From Octopus bimaculoides (taxonomy: Eukaryota), in the NCBI RefSeq assembly GCF_001194135.2, contig NC_068993.1, positions 26,197,690-26,261,689 of the forward strand: a DNA stretch of 64,000 bases, written 5' to 3'. Below the pieces are notes generated by a model, which saw only the letters and a program-made list of their open reading frames with translations, was not told where the DNA came from and did no database searches. How positions within the stretch are numbered: the first letter of the stretch is position 1; the number at the start of each line of letters is the position of its first letter. The translations under genes were made by a program, and so were the position numbers. Of the stretch, positions 11,038 to 22,385 are shown one piece after another.

Positions 11038-12384
11038 ATGTGTTCGCATAATTTCAGTGTACAGGGGTTTTCAATCTTTGGTCTATGTTAGCTTTCACTT
11101 ATTTCTGAAAATGTTCACCTGAAACGCAACAGAGAAAAGCAGCTTGGTCAAACAATTATGATCATATGACCTCCAATGAATTGTATGAAATGCTGACATT
11201 AATGACCTGCTATGAAAATTACAATGGAAGCACATGATGAGGAAATACAAAACAAAAAAAAAGAAGAAGCTAGAAGAACTGAAATCAAACATGAAAGCTT
11301 TAGTACCTATTCATGTTTTTTTTAAATATTTTGTTTTATCTTTTTTCTCAGTCTATTGGTGTTTGCTAGTCTCACCCAATATTGCCAAACAGAATGGTAA
11401 TTTAATTATCAATAAAATCTCAATTTGTCAGAATTAAAATAACTGCTTCATCTTGTCTGCCGAATGGATTGAGAAAATGTTATTTATTTTCTTTTTTTCT
11501 CCTTATTTTATATTTTGATTTCTTGAAGTATAATTTTTTTTCTGAAAATTTTCCTTTAAAAGGAGTGAAAAAATAGAAAATTGAATTTTAAGATTGTTTT
11601 GACAGATTGTGTAAGAATAATGAAGGCCTATTGTGTAAAGAAAAGTTAAGGTTATAATTGATTGAAAGAGCCTAACGTATGTCTGGTACTTATATTTAGT
11701 TGACATTTGAGGAAGAAAGATTAAGGAAATTCTCCCAGAATTATAAGCCACATAATACATTTAGATGCTGTCACTCTTCTTAATCTTCTCCTGAAAACCC
11801 AAATCTGTGATCCAGTTTTAATTCCCAGTTGTATTTATTTTATTTCATTTAGATAGCACAGATATAACATAATTGTTTCATTTTACCTATAAAACCTTCT
11901 CCATAAGGTATTTATATTGTTGTTACTATTCCAACTTTTGTTGCTGTTGTCATTGTTGGCAATGACGGTGAATGTTACAGCTATTCATTAAAGTGGATAA
12001 ATTATTTTCGCACTTATTGTTGCAGTGATAGGAGGGTCCTCTCTGAACAATAAACCTGACTCATTAACAATGTCCTATTAATTATAGATTGAACAATACT
12101 TGTATAATTTTCAGGTTTCTTTCCCACTTCTGCTTCTATTTGATTTTCTTTTTTTTTTCTTTCTTCCTGAGTTTTCCTCCATTTTCACTTTTCAACCCTA
12201 CATAATTCATTGTTTTCAAAACTTTAGACTTCAAGCTTGACCAATAATAATTCTTCTCTCAATAAAGTCTTAGTGGTATTTCTTCCAGCTCTGTACATTC
12301 TGAATTAAAATTCAACCAAGGTCGACTTTACCCTCCATACTTCTGAGGTCCAGCTGTTACTGCTGCTGCTACTATTGCTATTAT

Positions 12385-13821
12385 TATGATTCTCTCCAGT
12401 TTTGATGTTCTTCTAGGATAGGTCTCAGTTGTTTCTACGGCTTAGATATACACTTTCCTCAACAAATATGTTGATACACTCTAGCCCATACCTCTTGCAC
12501 ATTTCCAGTCAAATGTCCATCATTGATGAAACCAAGAAAGGTCGAAATCACATGATCTGGAGGTTTTGGTGCTGGAGTTGGTAGTGATTTATCTCCCCAC
12601 TAGTGATATATACAAGTGTGTATTTTGCACCAAAAGCCGGTATGACAGTTTCTCTCATGATGTCTACTGCAGTATAGTTTGTTCTAACAGAACATCTACA
12701 TTTAAGTGGGGATAAATATTACATTTCCAAGTGTGTCCACTGAGTAATTTTGTTATAGCATTTTCTGTACTTCTTCTAGTCTAGTTTTGAATACCCACAA
12801 ACTGCAAGTTTGTCTGTTTCAGATGAGTTTCCACTCAAACTACAAAGAAATGTTTCTGCAGTCTTATCAGTACTGTACTTGATTACAATTGCTTGCAAAG
12901 CTTTTTTAAGAGCAGCAAGGATCAAACCCTCTGTCTCCTTTAAAAATCCATGTCTTAGCCATCTCCTGGATTTTTGCTCTACTACATCTGACACTCATTG
13001 GATAAACTCTCCATGAATGACTTTATTTCTAGTCATTGGTCTTTTCTCATAAGTCCTTTTTTAGTACTCCTGGAGATACCTTTCACCATCATTAATCACC
13101 TTTTTATTCACTGCAGTCTACAACATCCATTCATCACTCTGCCTAAGATAGGTATACAATGCCTTATTTCGTTTCCTAACTCTCTCATCTGTCCCAATCA
13201 ATCTTTTCCTCTTTCCTTTTTTGATAAATAAAACTTTGTTACATTACTTTTAGTATGAAGGCATCTGTGCATGACCATTAACTTGTTCATTCTTCCATCC
13301 AGTGTACAACTCCCAGACTGTAGTGGACAAGCTTACAGCCTAAGCATTGATGCCACTCATCAGATTGCTTCCATTCAGCTTGGATTAACACAGCTTCTTC
13401 ACTCCTCCAATGTACTTTGATGTGATCGTGTCCTTTATTTCGGTGTTTGTCATCTCTCTACCTGTAAAAACAAGGTGCTTGTATCCTTCTCTTTCCATTT
13501 CTCTGACATATTTATCATCCAGAAGCTCTACTTTTCTTCCTCTCCTTATTTTTAGGACGGCACACTTACCTAGACCAAACAACATCTGAACATCTTGAAA
13601 CTAAATTCATATAAACTGAACAAGTGAGTCAAGATGATCTCTGGTAGCAGCGTAAATCTTTAGATTGTCCATGAACCATAGGTTACAAATGGCCTCATGT
13701 TCTGTTGCCATCTGTAACTAGCTCTCATCTTCTTCAAAACGGGCTTAGTGGCAACATAATACCAAGAAACAGTGGTGACAGTAAAGGGTCTCCTAGAAAG
13801 ATTCCTTTCCTGATGTTGACC

Positions 13822-13822
<1 letters not shown>
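12385..13822 (-). mobile_element. Dong/R4-clade non-LTR retrotransposon, 5'-truncated pseudogene
   Basis: VNIRKGIFLGDPL (RT QGD motif), LWFMDNLKIY (catalytic motif), FGLGKCAVLKI, WLRHGFLKETEGLILAA; flanked on both sides by (AAT)-type repeats, the known Dong target. Confidence 0.8.

Positions 13823-13886
<64 letters not shown>
13823..13886. repeat. (TAT)n microsatellite
   Basis: Sequence content. Confidence 0.95.
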
Positions 13887-13887
<1 letters not shown>

Positions 13888-14115
13888 GGTGATGAACTGG
13901 AAGAATCATTAGCAAGCCAGGCCAAACGCTTAGCATCATTTCATCCATCTTTATATTTTGAATTCAGATTCAGCTGAGGTTGACTTTACCTTTCATCCTT
14001 TCAGGGTCAATAAGATATGTATCAGTTGAGCACTGTGGTCAATATAACCAACTTAACCCCCACCCCTGAAATTGCATGCCTTGTGCCACAATTTGAAATT
14101 ATTATTATTATTATT
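13885..14115 (+). mobile_element. Nin/Deu-domain-type SINE
   Basis: GAGGTTGACTTTACCTTTCATCCTTTCAGGGTCAATAAGAT resembles the Deu/Nin core; (ATT)n tail; related copy at 29490-29705. Confidence 0.75.
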
Positions 14116-14578
14116 GAATGAGAGAGCAGTGCATGCCATCAAAGTGACACTGAGGTACAAATATATGAAGCCCAATATACCCATCATGACTATCCATCTG
14201 ATAAGGGTACACCAGACACATGCATCACAACCATATGTGCACGACATGGTGATCTCATATCAAGATAAACAGTGTTTGACCTTGCAGGTGGCACCCAGTT
14301 AGAATTCTCTTCAGGTTGAGTAGCCCATCCAACTCAAAAGGTCCCCGAATAAGGTTTGTTTAAGGATGATGAACAAAACAACCATGTTTCCAGAAGTGAA
14401 GTATCCAAACTCCAGAGAATCTCTCTCAACACATGGCTATGATGCTCCCCCACTACTTCTGCTCATGATCAGAGATGTGAATATCATCAGCCATTAAGGG
14501 ACATGCTCAACTGGTTAAGGCCAAGCAACTGTCATGCAAATCTGCGGTATTGAGCAGAATATTTGCTGTAGCCCATCT

Positions 14579-14579
<1 letters not shown>
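14116..14579 (-). repeat. Unclassified non-coding interspersed repeat (about 465 bp) embedded between (AAT)n tracts
   Basis: GC-richer block with sharp borders at (AAT)n and (AAAT)n; no recognisable ORF. Confidence 0.45.
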
Positions 14580-14617
<38 letters not shown>

Positions 14618-14631
14618 TCTATTTATTTATT

Positions 14632-14664
<33 letters not shown>

Positions 14665-14695
14665 GTTATTATTATTATTATTATTATCATTATTA

Positions 14696-14885
14696 TTAAG
14701 ATGGTGAGCTGGCAGAATCATTAAAACATCAGAAAAATGTTTTGTAGTATTTGCTGAGATTAACTTTATGTTTCATCCTGCTGGTGGTGGTGGTGGTGGC
14801 AGTGGGGATAATGAAGCACAGTGCTGGTTAAATACTGGAGTTCATGGCATCAACTAGACTTCTCCCCTGAAAATAAGTGGCCTTG
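14696..14885 (+). mobile_element. Degenerate fragment of the Nin-type SINE
   Basis: AAGATGGTGAGCTGGCAGAATCATTA matches the head at 13885. Confidence 0.5.
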
Positions 14886-15220
14886 TTATTATTTTTGTTA
14901 TCAATTATTTGTCCTGCAAAGATTGCAATGATTTTTCATGTTACTTTTGTTATTTGTTGTAGTGATTCTCATATCTTTATAATTGAGGTTTTATTACCCA
15001 GAGCAAGTGTGAGCAATAAGTTCAGTGAGTGTATTTCTTTTATAGACATTTCAAAATCAATTAATTTTTAGACTGAGAATATATGTGTAAGAAATAGATA
15101 TATATGTATATGTATGTATATTGGATCTCAATTATTTTGCTGTATGTATATCATATATATATATATATATATGAGAATACTCATGTCGATGTATATATAT
15201 GTATATTTGCATATGTATAG

Positions 15221-15262
<42 letters not shown>

Positions 15263-15565
15263 ATGTGTGTGCACAGGCTATGTGTGTGCACAGGCTATGT
15301 GTGTGGCTCTATGTTTGTTTACATCATTTGCTCGCTTATTTGTAAGTCATGATATTTGCAGTTTTCTGTTGGCAATTGTCCTGATCATAAATCATCCACT
15401 TTTCTTTGTGTCTCAAAAGCCAAATGTACTTAAAAAATCCTTAACTTGAAAAACAGGTAAGGGTTAGTGCCATGAAGGGTATCTGGCTGTAAAACAATGC
15501 TTCAATAATATATTCATTTAACCTATGCTAATATGGAAAATGGGATGCAAAACAAACAAATTAAT

Positions 15566-15838
15566 ACAGTTCTATATTTAAGAGATGAAGAATTATATAC
15601 ATTATTTACATTATTTACATTTGATGGATATTTGTCCTCATATTGTTTGTCGTTAAAACGTTTTGGCTGATATACCCTCCAGCCCTCATCAGGTATCTTG
15701 GGGAAATTTCGAACCTGGATTCTCATTCCTAAGGTATTTTTCGATGCTATTATTATTATTATTATTATTATTATCATTGTTGTTATTGTTATTATTATTC
15801 AGGTCACTGCTTGAAATCAAACTCGGAATCTTGGGGTT
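15566..15838 (-). mobile_element. Family B element: partial tRNA-like head + (AAT)n + hammerhead motif + 3' tail
   Basis: Minus strand TAACCCCAAGATTCCGAGTTTGATTTCAAGCAGTGACCTG(AAT)n..CATCGAAAAATACC..GATAC-CTGATGA-G-GGCTG..CAGCC-AAAAC-GTT. Confidence 0.85.
15651..15697 (-). ncRNA. Degenerate type-I hammerhead motif (family B), G12 mutated to A
   Basis: GATAC CTGATGA G GGCTG GAGGGTATAT CAGCC AAAAC GTT. Confidence 0.65.
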
Positions 15839-15921
15839 AAGAGCACGGGCTACTAACCCCAAGATTCCAAGTTTGATTCCAAGCAGTGACTTGAATAATA
15901 ATAATAATAATAATAGTAATG

Positions 15922-15955
<34 letters not shown>
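15834..15955 (+). mobile_element. 5' part (tRNA-like head and (AAT)n) of a second family B copy, head-to-head with the first; continues at 17873
   Basis: GGTTAAGAGCACGGGCTACTAACCCCAAGATTCCAAGTTTGATTCCAAGCAGTGAC: D-loop, anticodon-loop and B-box-like order of a tRNA (Thr/Ser-like). Confidence 0.75.
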
Positions 15956-15957
<2 letters not shown>

Positions 15958-17870
15958 TCGTTTTATTGGCCACAAGGGCTAGTATCNNNNNNNNNNNNNN
16001 NNNNNNNNNNNNNNNNNNNNNNNNNNNNNNNNNNNNNNNNNNNNNNNNNNNNNNNNNNNNNNNNNNNNNNNNNNNNNNNNNNNNNNNNNNNNNNNNNNNN
16101 NNNNNNNNNNNNNNNNNNNNNNNNNNNNNNNNNNNNNNNNNNNNNNNNNNNNNNNNNNNNNNNNNNNNNNNNNNNNNNNNNNNNNNNNNNNNNNNNNNNN
16201 NNNNNNNNNNNNNNNNNNNNNNNNNNNNNNNNNNNNNNNNNNNNNNNNNNNNNNNNNNNNNNNNNNNNNNNNNNNNNNNNNNNNNNNNNNNNNNNNNNNN
16301 NNNNNNNNNNNNNNNNNNNNNNNNNNNNNNNNNNNNNNNNNNNNNNNNNNNNNNNNNNNNNNNNNNNNNNNNNNNNNNNNNNNNNNNNNNNNNNNNNNNN
16401 NNNNNNNNNNNNNNNNNNNNNNNNNNNNNNNNNNNNNNNNNNNNNNNNNNNNNNNNNNNNNNNNNNNNNNNNNNNNNNNNNNNNNNNNNNNNNNNNNNNN
16501 NNNNNNNNNNNNNNNNNNNNNNNNNNNNNNNNNNNNNNACAACACTTCCCTCTCTACTCTCATCTTCCTTTTCAAGTGGAACTTGAAAAAGTTGATGAGG
16601 CCTTGGCCAAAGAGGAAAGTGTCTGTCTTTAGCCCTTTCAAACGGGTCCACCATATCACCTCTTTTGCCACAGCCATAGGAAAACTGCCTTGCCCTCCTG
16701 GTTAAAGGAGGTCGGCGGGTCAATTCTCATGATGGATTCAGCTGATAGCCGGATCCGTCCTACACGTGACAGTAGCTGTTCGATATAAACCCACAGGTCA
16801 GCAATGCTCGGGCACTGAACGAGTGCGTGCAGAATGGTTTCGTCATTCTGAGCACACCTCGGGCAGGCCCGGTTGACGGCACTTCCGTGTCGGTAGAGTT
16901 TATCTTGAACAGGTAGCACACCTCGGTAGCACTGCTAGGCGAGGGACCTTTGGAAATTATCCATGGGCTCCGACCCGAAAGTTCTCCTGAACAGACTGTT
17001 TAGCTGATTATTCTCGACACCTAGAGTTTCCCTGAGAACGTTGTCGCACTTTTCTCCCACTAACCTTCTATAGAACGCTAGAGTGGAGCTACTACCGATT
17101 GCACTGCCTGCCTGACTGAGGGCGGTGAGAGCTTGGCGGCACTCGAGGTGCCAAGCGCCCTTTCTCGGTCTACGTTTGATCCAGGATTGCAGCTCTGTTA
17201 AAGAAACGAGCTGCGGAAAATCGCGTCTGNNNNNNNNNNNNNNNNNNNNNNNNNNNNNNNNNNNNNNNNNNNNNNNNNNNNNNNNNNNNNNNNNNNNNNN
17301 NNNNNNNNNNNNNNNNNNNNNNNNNNNNNNNNNNNNNNNNNNNNNNNNNNNNNNNNNNNNNNNNNNNNNNNNNNNNNNNNGGCTCGAGAGTCAATACATA
17401 CAGAAGGGAGGAGAGAGGACACCCTTGGCGAACCGAACACGAGATGTTGAACGGTTCCGATAGATGGCTGTTCACCTGTATGACCGAGCAGATGCCGCTG
17501 TATAAAGCAGCTATCCACCCGCGGAAGACCAGACCGAAGCCAGCTGCCTTGAGAACAGCTGCCAGGTATCGATGGTCGACCCTATCGAAGGCTTTAGACT
17601 GATCTAAATTGATCAAAGCCCCAACCGCGCCAGCTTCGTTACCCACCCTCTCTATGATGTAGCGCATGAGATGGAGGTTGTCGTGGATAGACCTGGTCGG
17701 CACGGCGCATGTCTGCACCTTGCTGATCAGTTTGTCCATGACAGGCGCCAATCTCTTGGCTAGCACCTTGGCCAAGATCTTTAACTGTGTATTGAGCAGA
17801 GTGATGGGCCTAAAGTTCCCTATAATGTCCCCCTTGTTTGGGTCCTTTCTTAGCAAAGCCACCACTCCTT
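15956..17870 (-). mobile_element. Tx1-clade (L1 group) LINE, 5'-truncated, with assembly gaps, inserted into the (AAT)n linker of family B
   Basis: NFRPITLLNTQLKILAKVLAKRL, LDQSKAFDRVDH, SVRQGCPLS, CPRCAQNDETILHALVQC zinc knuckle; 3' end AATAAAACGAATTT(ATT)n. Confidence 0.9.
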
Positions 17871-17872
17871 GA

Positions 17873-17996
17873 CAACATCGAAAAATACCTTAGGAATGAG
17901 AACCCAGGTTTGAAATTTCCCAAAACACCTGATGTAGGCTGGAGGGTATATCAGCTGAAACGTGTTAACAACAAACAAGATAAGGACAAATATCCT
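17873..17996 (+). mobile_element. 3' body of the family B copy with hammerhead motif at 17924-17966
   Basis: AACATCGAAAAATACCTTAGGAATGAGAAC..AACAC-CTGATGT-A-GGCTG..CAGCT-GAAAC-GTGTT; helix I AACAC/GTGTT. Confidence 0.85.
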
Positions 17997-18148
17997 TCTT
18001 TGGACTTTCCTTGTTTCCGACGAAGAGCTCCGCTCGAAACGTCATATTCTCTCTCTTTCCTTTCCCAAGCATCTAGTAACACAATCTGTATCACGTCCTC
18101 ACGTTGTTGTTTTTTGTTGTTGTTTTTTTTCTTTTTCCTTTTTTGAAC

Positions 18149-18150
<2 letters not shown>
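17997..18150 (+). mobile_element. HHR-bearing short element, family C (relative of family A)
   Basis: CCGACGA-A-GAGC-TCC-GCTC-GAAAC-GTC at 18017-18043; downstream sequence resembles the family A tail. Confidence 0.65.
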
Positions 18151-18197
<47 letters not shown>

Positions 18198-18529
18198 NNN
18201 NNNNNNNNNNNNNNNNNNNNNNNNNNNNNNNNNNNNNNNNNNNNNNNNNNNNNNNNNNNNNNNNNNNNNNNNNNNNNNNNNNNNNNNNNNNNNNNNNNNN
18301 NNNNNNNNNNNNNNNNNNNNNNNNNNNNNNNNNNNNNNNNNNNNNNNNNNNNNNNNNNNNNNNNNNNNNNNNNNNNNNNNNNNNNNNNNNNNNNNNNNNN
18401 NNNNNNNNNNNNNNNNNNNNNNNNNNNNNNNNNNNNNNNNNNNNNNNNNNNNNNNNNNNNNNNNNNNNNNNNNNNNNNNNNNNNNNNNNNNNNNNNNNNN
18501 NNNNNNNNNNNNNNNNNNNNNNNNNNNNN

Positions 18530-18571
<42 letters not shown>

Positions 18572-19779
18572 TTTGTGTGTGTGTATTTATATATATATAT
18601 ATATACTCTTTTACTTGTTTCAGTCATTTGACTGCACACATATATATTTACTCATATATATATATATAGCAAATAAGTAACAAGAGTGTCCAGGTATTAG
18701 TGCATTATGGCCGTTTCAAGTGGTTCCATTTAATTGATCAATTCAAGCATTACATCAATTTGAAATAACACACTTTCCCCACTTGCCTTGGATGCATAAG
18801 ACCATATAGGTTTTTAACATACAGGATACTCCATAATAATTCTTTAGTAAATTTTTCATCAGAACTAGAGAATAAAAGAATTACATGCTTATTGCTGTTA
18901 TTGTAGCAGAATGAACTTAGGGAGAAAATACCCAAAGCCTACTATGATTTGGAGTGACAGAAGAGAATAACAATGGGGGGTCAAGAAATGGTAATATAGC
19001 TGCATTCATCTTTCTCCTTATCACAGCCAAAAGATCCAATGCAGCTAGTATTCTAAATCCACTTCCAATTAAAACCACTGGGAATTGACAGTTAAGTTCT
19101 TGCTGCTGGTAATAAATTAATTTATGTCAGATATTCTTCCCTACCCCTATTTTACTGTGACTATAAATTTGCCATGACTACATAAAAGAACATGCCTCAG
19201 AAGATGCCAGCAAGATAATGGTACATATCCAGAAAGAGGAAGAGCAGAAGTGACTTAAACTATATTATGATTATCAATCAAAAGGGGCTTAAAATAGAGA
19301 ACAAAGGAGGTCACAGTGAGATCTAAGTGGGTATTAAGGTACAGGGGAAAATTTGTAAATCCAAATTTAGTAAAATTTATATATTATTATATCTTGTATA
19401 TTAAATAATATAATTTAGAAAGGGATTTAAGGACCAAGTAGCTAAACCAATCTAAGCCCTAAAAAGTGGGGTGCTGTTATATGAAATAGAAACCTCATAA
19501 TGCTTCATCCTAGCATATTGTTAAGGTGGTCCTGATAAAACTATTCAATAATGAACTCATAATTAAATTTAGATTTCATCCGAGAAGAAGTACACATTTT
19601 CTATTGACTGTAAACCAAAGATTAAGGGCAAAAAATAAGATAATCAATTCTGTAACAGATAAACTTGTTTAAAAACCTTGGAAAAATATAATTATATACA
19701 AAATTTCCAGCATTATGAAAAAATCTGAAAAGATATAAGAAGGTATAATACCTTACTTTTATACATTTTTATGTTGGTT

Positions 19780-21170
19780 TACTCCCACCACGTCATGCTG
19801 GTACCATACCCCTTTGAGCAACATCAAATTCACTCATCCATCCACAAACACTATCCAAGCTTTCCTATCATTAATAAACTCTCTTACCTCTCTCACTCCA
19901 ACATCTCTAACCACCAAAGCTTTCCTCACTCCATCCATCCACACAAACTGAGGTCTGCCTCTGGTTCTGCTGCCTACCACTTCTGCCTTCATCGCACTCC
20001 TTACCATCTGCTCCTCATCCATCCTCTCCATGTGGCCAAACCACCTCAACATTTGTCTATCCAATTTGGTACATAGATTTTCTCTCATTCCTGCTTGCCT
20101 TCGCATCTCCTTATTCCTTATCCTGTCCATCCATGTCAAACCAACCATAGCTCTCAAACATCTAATCTGAAACACATTTAGTTGCCTCCTTTCTACCTCT
20201 CTCAGACCCCATATCTCTGCACCATATAACATTGTCGGCACAATCACGCCCTTGTACACACCTCTTTTTACTTTCATACTCAATCTTTTATCTCTCAGCA
20301 TACCTTTCACAACTCCAAGTATCTTACTCCCCTCCCTCACTCTATATCCCACCTCCTCAGCCAACACCTCCCATCTGCCATCACTTGTAATCCCAGATAC
20401 TTAAAAACACTAACTTCCTCTAACATCTCACCATTTATGCTCGCATTCATCCTACCAGTCATTCTATCTCTTGAACATTTCATCACCTTACTCTTAGCCA
20501 CCCACCTTAATGCATGCCCTACTTTCTCTATAGAAACTCTGCACAGCTCTCAACAAGCTACCATCTACTCCATACAACAGCAACACCTTCCACATTGGAT
20601 CCCAATCCACACGGCCATATGCCTTATCTAGGACCATAGAGGCCCAATATACATCCCTCTCTTTTGCCAAAAACTTCTCACACATCTGCCTTACTGCAAA
20701 TATCTGATCTGTACACCCCCTTCCTCTCCTAAAACCGCACTGCTCCTCCCCTAGTACATTCTCTGTCTGGTTTCTCACCCTTACAATCAGAATTCTCCCA
20801 TACAGTTTACCAACCACACATAACAGACTTATACCCCTAAAATTTTCACTCACATTTATCCCCTTTCTAATTGTACAATGGCACTATACAGGCACAGCGC
20901 CAGTCCTTTGGTACTCTTCCATCCATATAACAAACATTCATATGTCTCACTAACCATTCAATTACTGTCAATCCTCCTTTCTTTAGGCATTCCACTGTAC
21001 ATCCATCTATACCTGACACCTTCTGGTTTGCCATCTTCGGCAAAGATTCCCTCACCTCCTCCCTTCCAATTGTACCATAGTTCCATTCCCCATCAACAGG
21101 CATTCTCCTCTCTCCTACTACAGCCACTATTGTTCTTAGGTCTACTCTGGCCGAGAGTGGTAGCACCTGT
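19780..21170 (-). mobile_element. RTE-clade LINE, RT and C-terminal region, internally deleted
   Basis: NFRGISLLCVVGKLYGRIL, EEQCGFRRGRGCTDQIF, VLDKAYGRV, MLYGAEIW, LRWFGHMERM, RTRGRPQFVWMD; the QG and YADD segment is missing near 20490. Confidence 0.9.
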
Positions 21171-21214
21171 AAGGGTCCCAGCTATGGGTTAACAGACAAT
21201 TAACTATGGGTTGG

Positions 21215-21325
21215 GGTGGGGGAGAATGGTAGAATGCAGTTACCTTATTCCCTGCGAGACATAAGAAGCGACTAAAAGGGATGGGAGTGAAGGGACTGGG
21301 AATCCACTCATCCAAGTAATTCTGT
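21215..21325 (-). mobile_element. RTE-type 3'-terminal motif fragment
   Basis: Minus strand CCCTTTTAGTCGCTTCTTATGTCTCGCAGGGAATA resembles the TTAGTCGCCTCTTACGAC RTE 3' stem-loop. Confidence 0.5.
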
Positions 21326-21424
21326 TTCCTAAAAAGACAACATATATGTTTATGAATTTGTGTTGCAAGATTTCTGATGTGAAGTCATCGACTGAAACAG
21401 ATATTGTTGTATTTCAGGATTCTT

Positions 21425-21788
21425 TTATTCTTTTATTTGTTTTGGTCATTTGACTGTGGCCATGCTGGAGCACTGCCTTTAGTCGAGCAAATCAACCCCA
21501 GAACTTATTCTTTATAAGCCTAGTACTTATTCTATCGGTCTCTTTTGCTGGACTGCTAAGTTACGGGGATGTAAACACACCAGCATCAGTTGTCAAGTGA
21601 TGATGTGGAGACAAACACAGCCACACAAACATATACACACACATACATACATAACTAAATCCACTCACAAGGCTTTGGTCGGCTTGAAACTATAGTAGAA
21701 GACACTTGCCCAAGGTGTCATGCAATGGGACTGAGCTCAGATCATGCGGTTGGTAAGCAAGCTACTTACCACACAGCCACTTCTGTGC
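21425..21788 (-). mobile_element. CORE-type tRNA SINE
   Basis: Homologous to 3872-4322. Confidence 0.88.
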
Positions 21789-21980
21789 CTACCAAATAAA
21801 CACACGTACTATGTATTTGTTCTTCACTTGTTTATTACTATTCTTATTCTAACTCATGTCCATTGCCTGGAATAGGAACAGTTATAAACAAGTGAAGAAT
21901 GAATATAAATTGCGTCTATTTATTTGGCAAAATAAATGATCATCTCGAAATACAACCATATATATATATATATATATATA

Positions 21981-22022
21981 TATGGGAGAATATACAAAAA
22001 ATAACAACAGACGAGGACAGGT
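21981..22022 (-). repeat. 3'-terminal fragment of family A
   Basis: ATGGGAGAATATACAAAAAATAACAACAGACGAGGACAGGT matches 5-48. Confidence 0.7.
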
Positions 22023-22117
22023 CCCTCTCTGTCTTCCATATCTTACTCCTTTTCTCATCTCCCTCCCTCGCATATATATATATATTGTACGGGGGTTATT
22101 TCCATATATTATTATAC

Positions 22118-22183
<66 letters not shown>

Positions 22184-22184
22184 C

Positions 22185-22385
22185 TTTTTCCATTATTCGT
22201 TTCAGTCATAAGACTCCCTTGAAGAATTTTTTAGTGAAACAAATTGACTGCAGTACTTTTTTTGTTTTTTTTAAAGCCTGATATTTATTCCACTGGTCTC
22301 CTTTGCCCAACCACTAAGTTACATAAACACACCAACACTGGTTGTCACGTGGTGATGGGGTACAAACGTGCTCATGCGCACGCGC
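22185..22385 (-). mobile_element. CORE-type SINE, 3' half
   Basis: Homology to 3872-4075. Confidence 0.7.

Noticed and set aside
21373-21405. CTGATGTGA-AGTC-ATC-GACT-GAAAC hammerhead-like pattern
   Set aside because: The core has a 2-nt insertion, and helix I and a proper helix III/NUH cannot be formed
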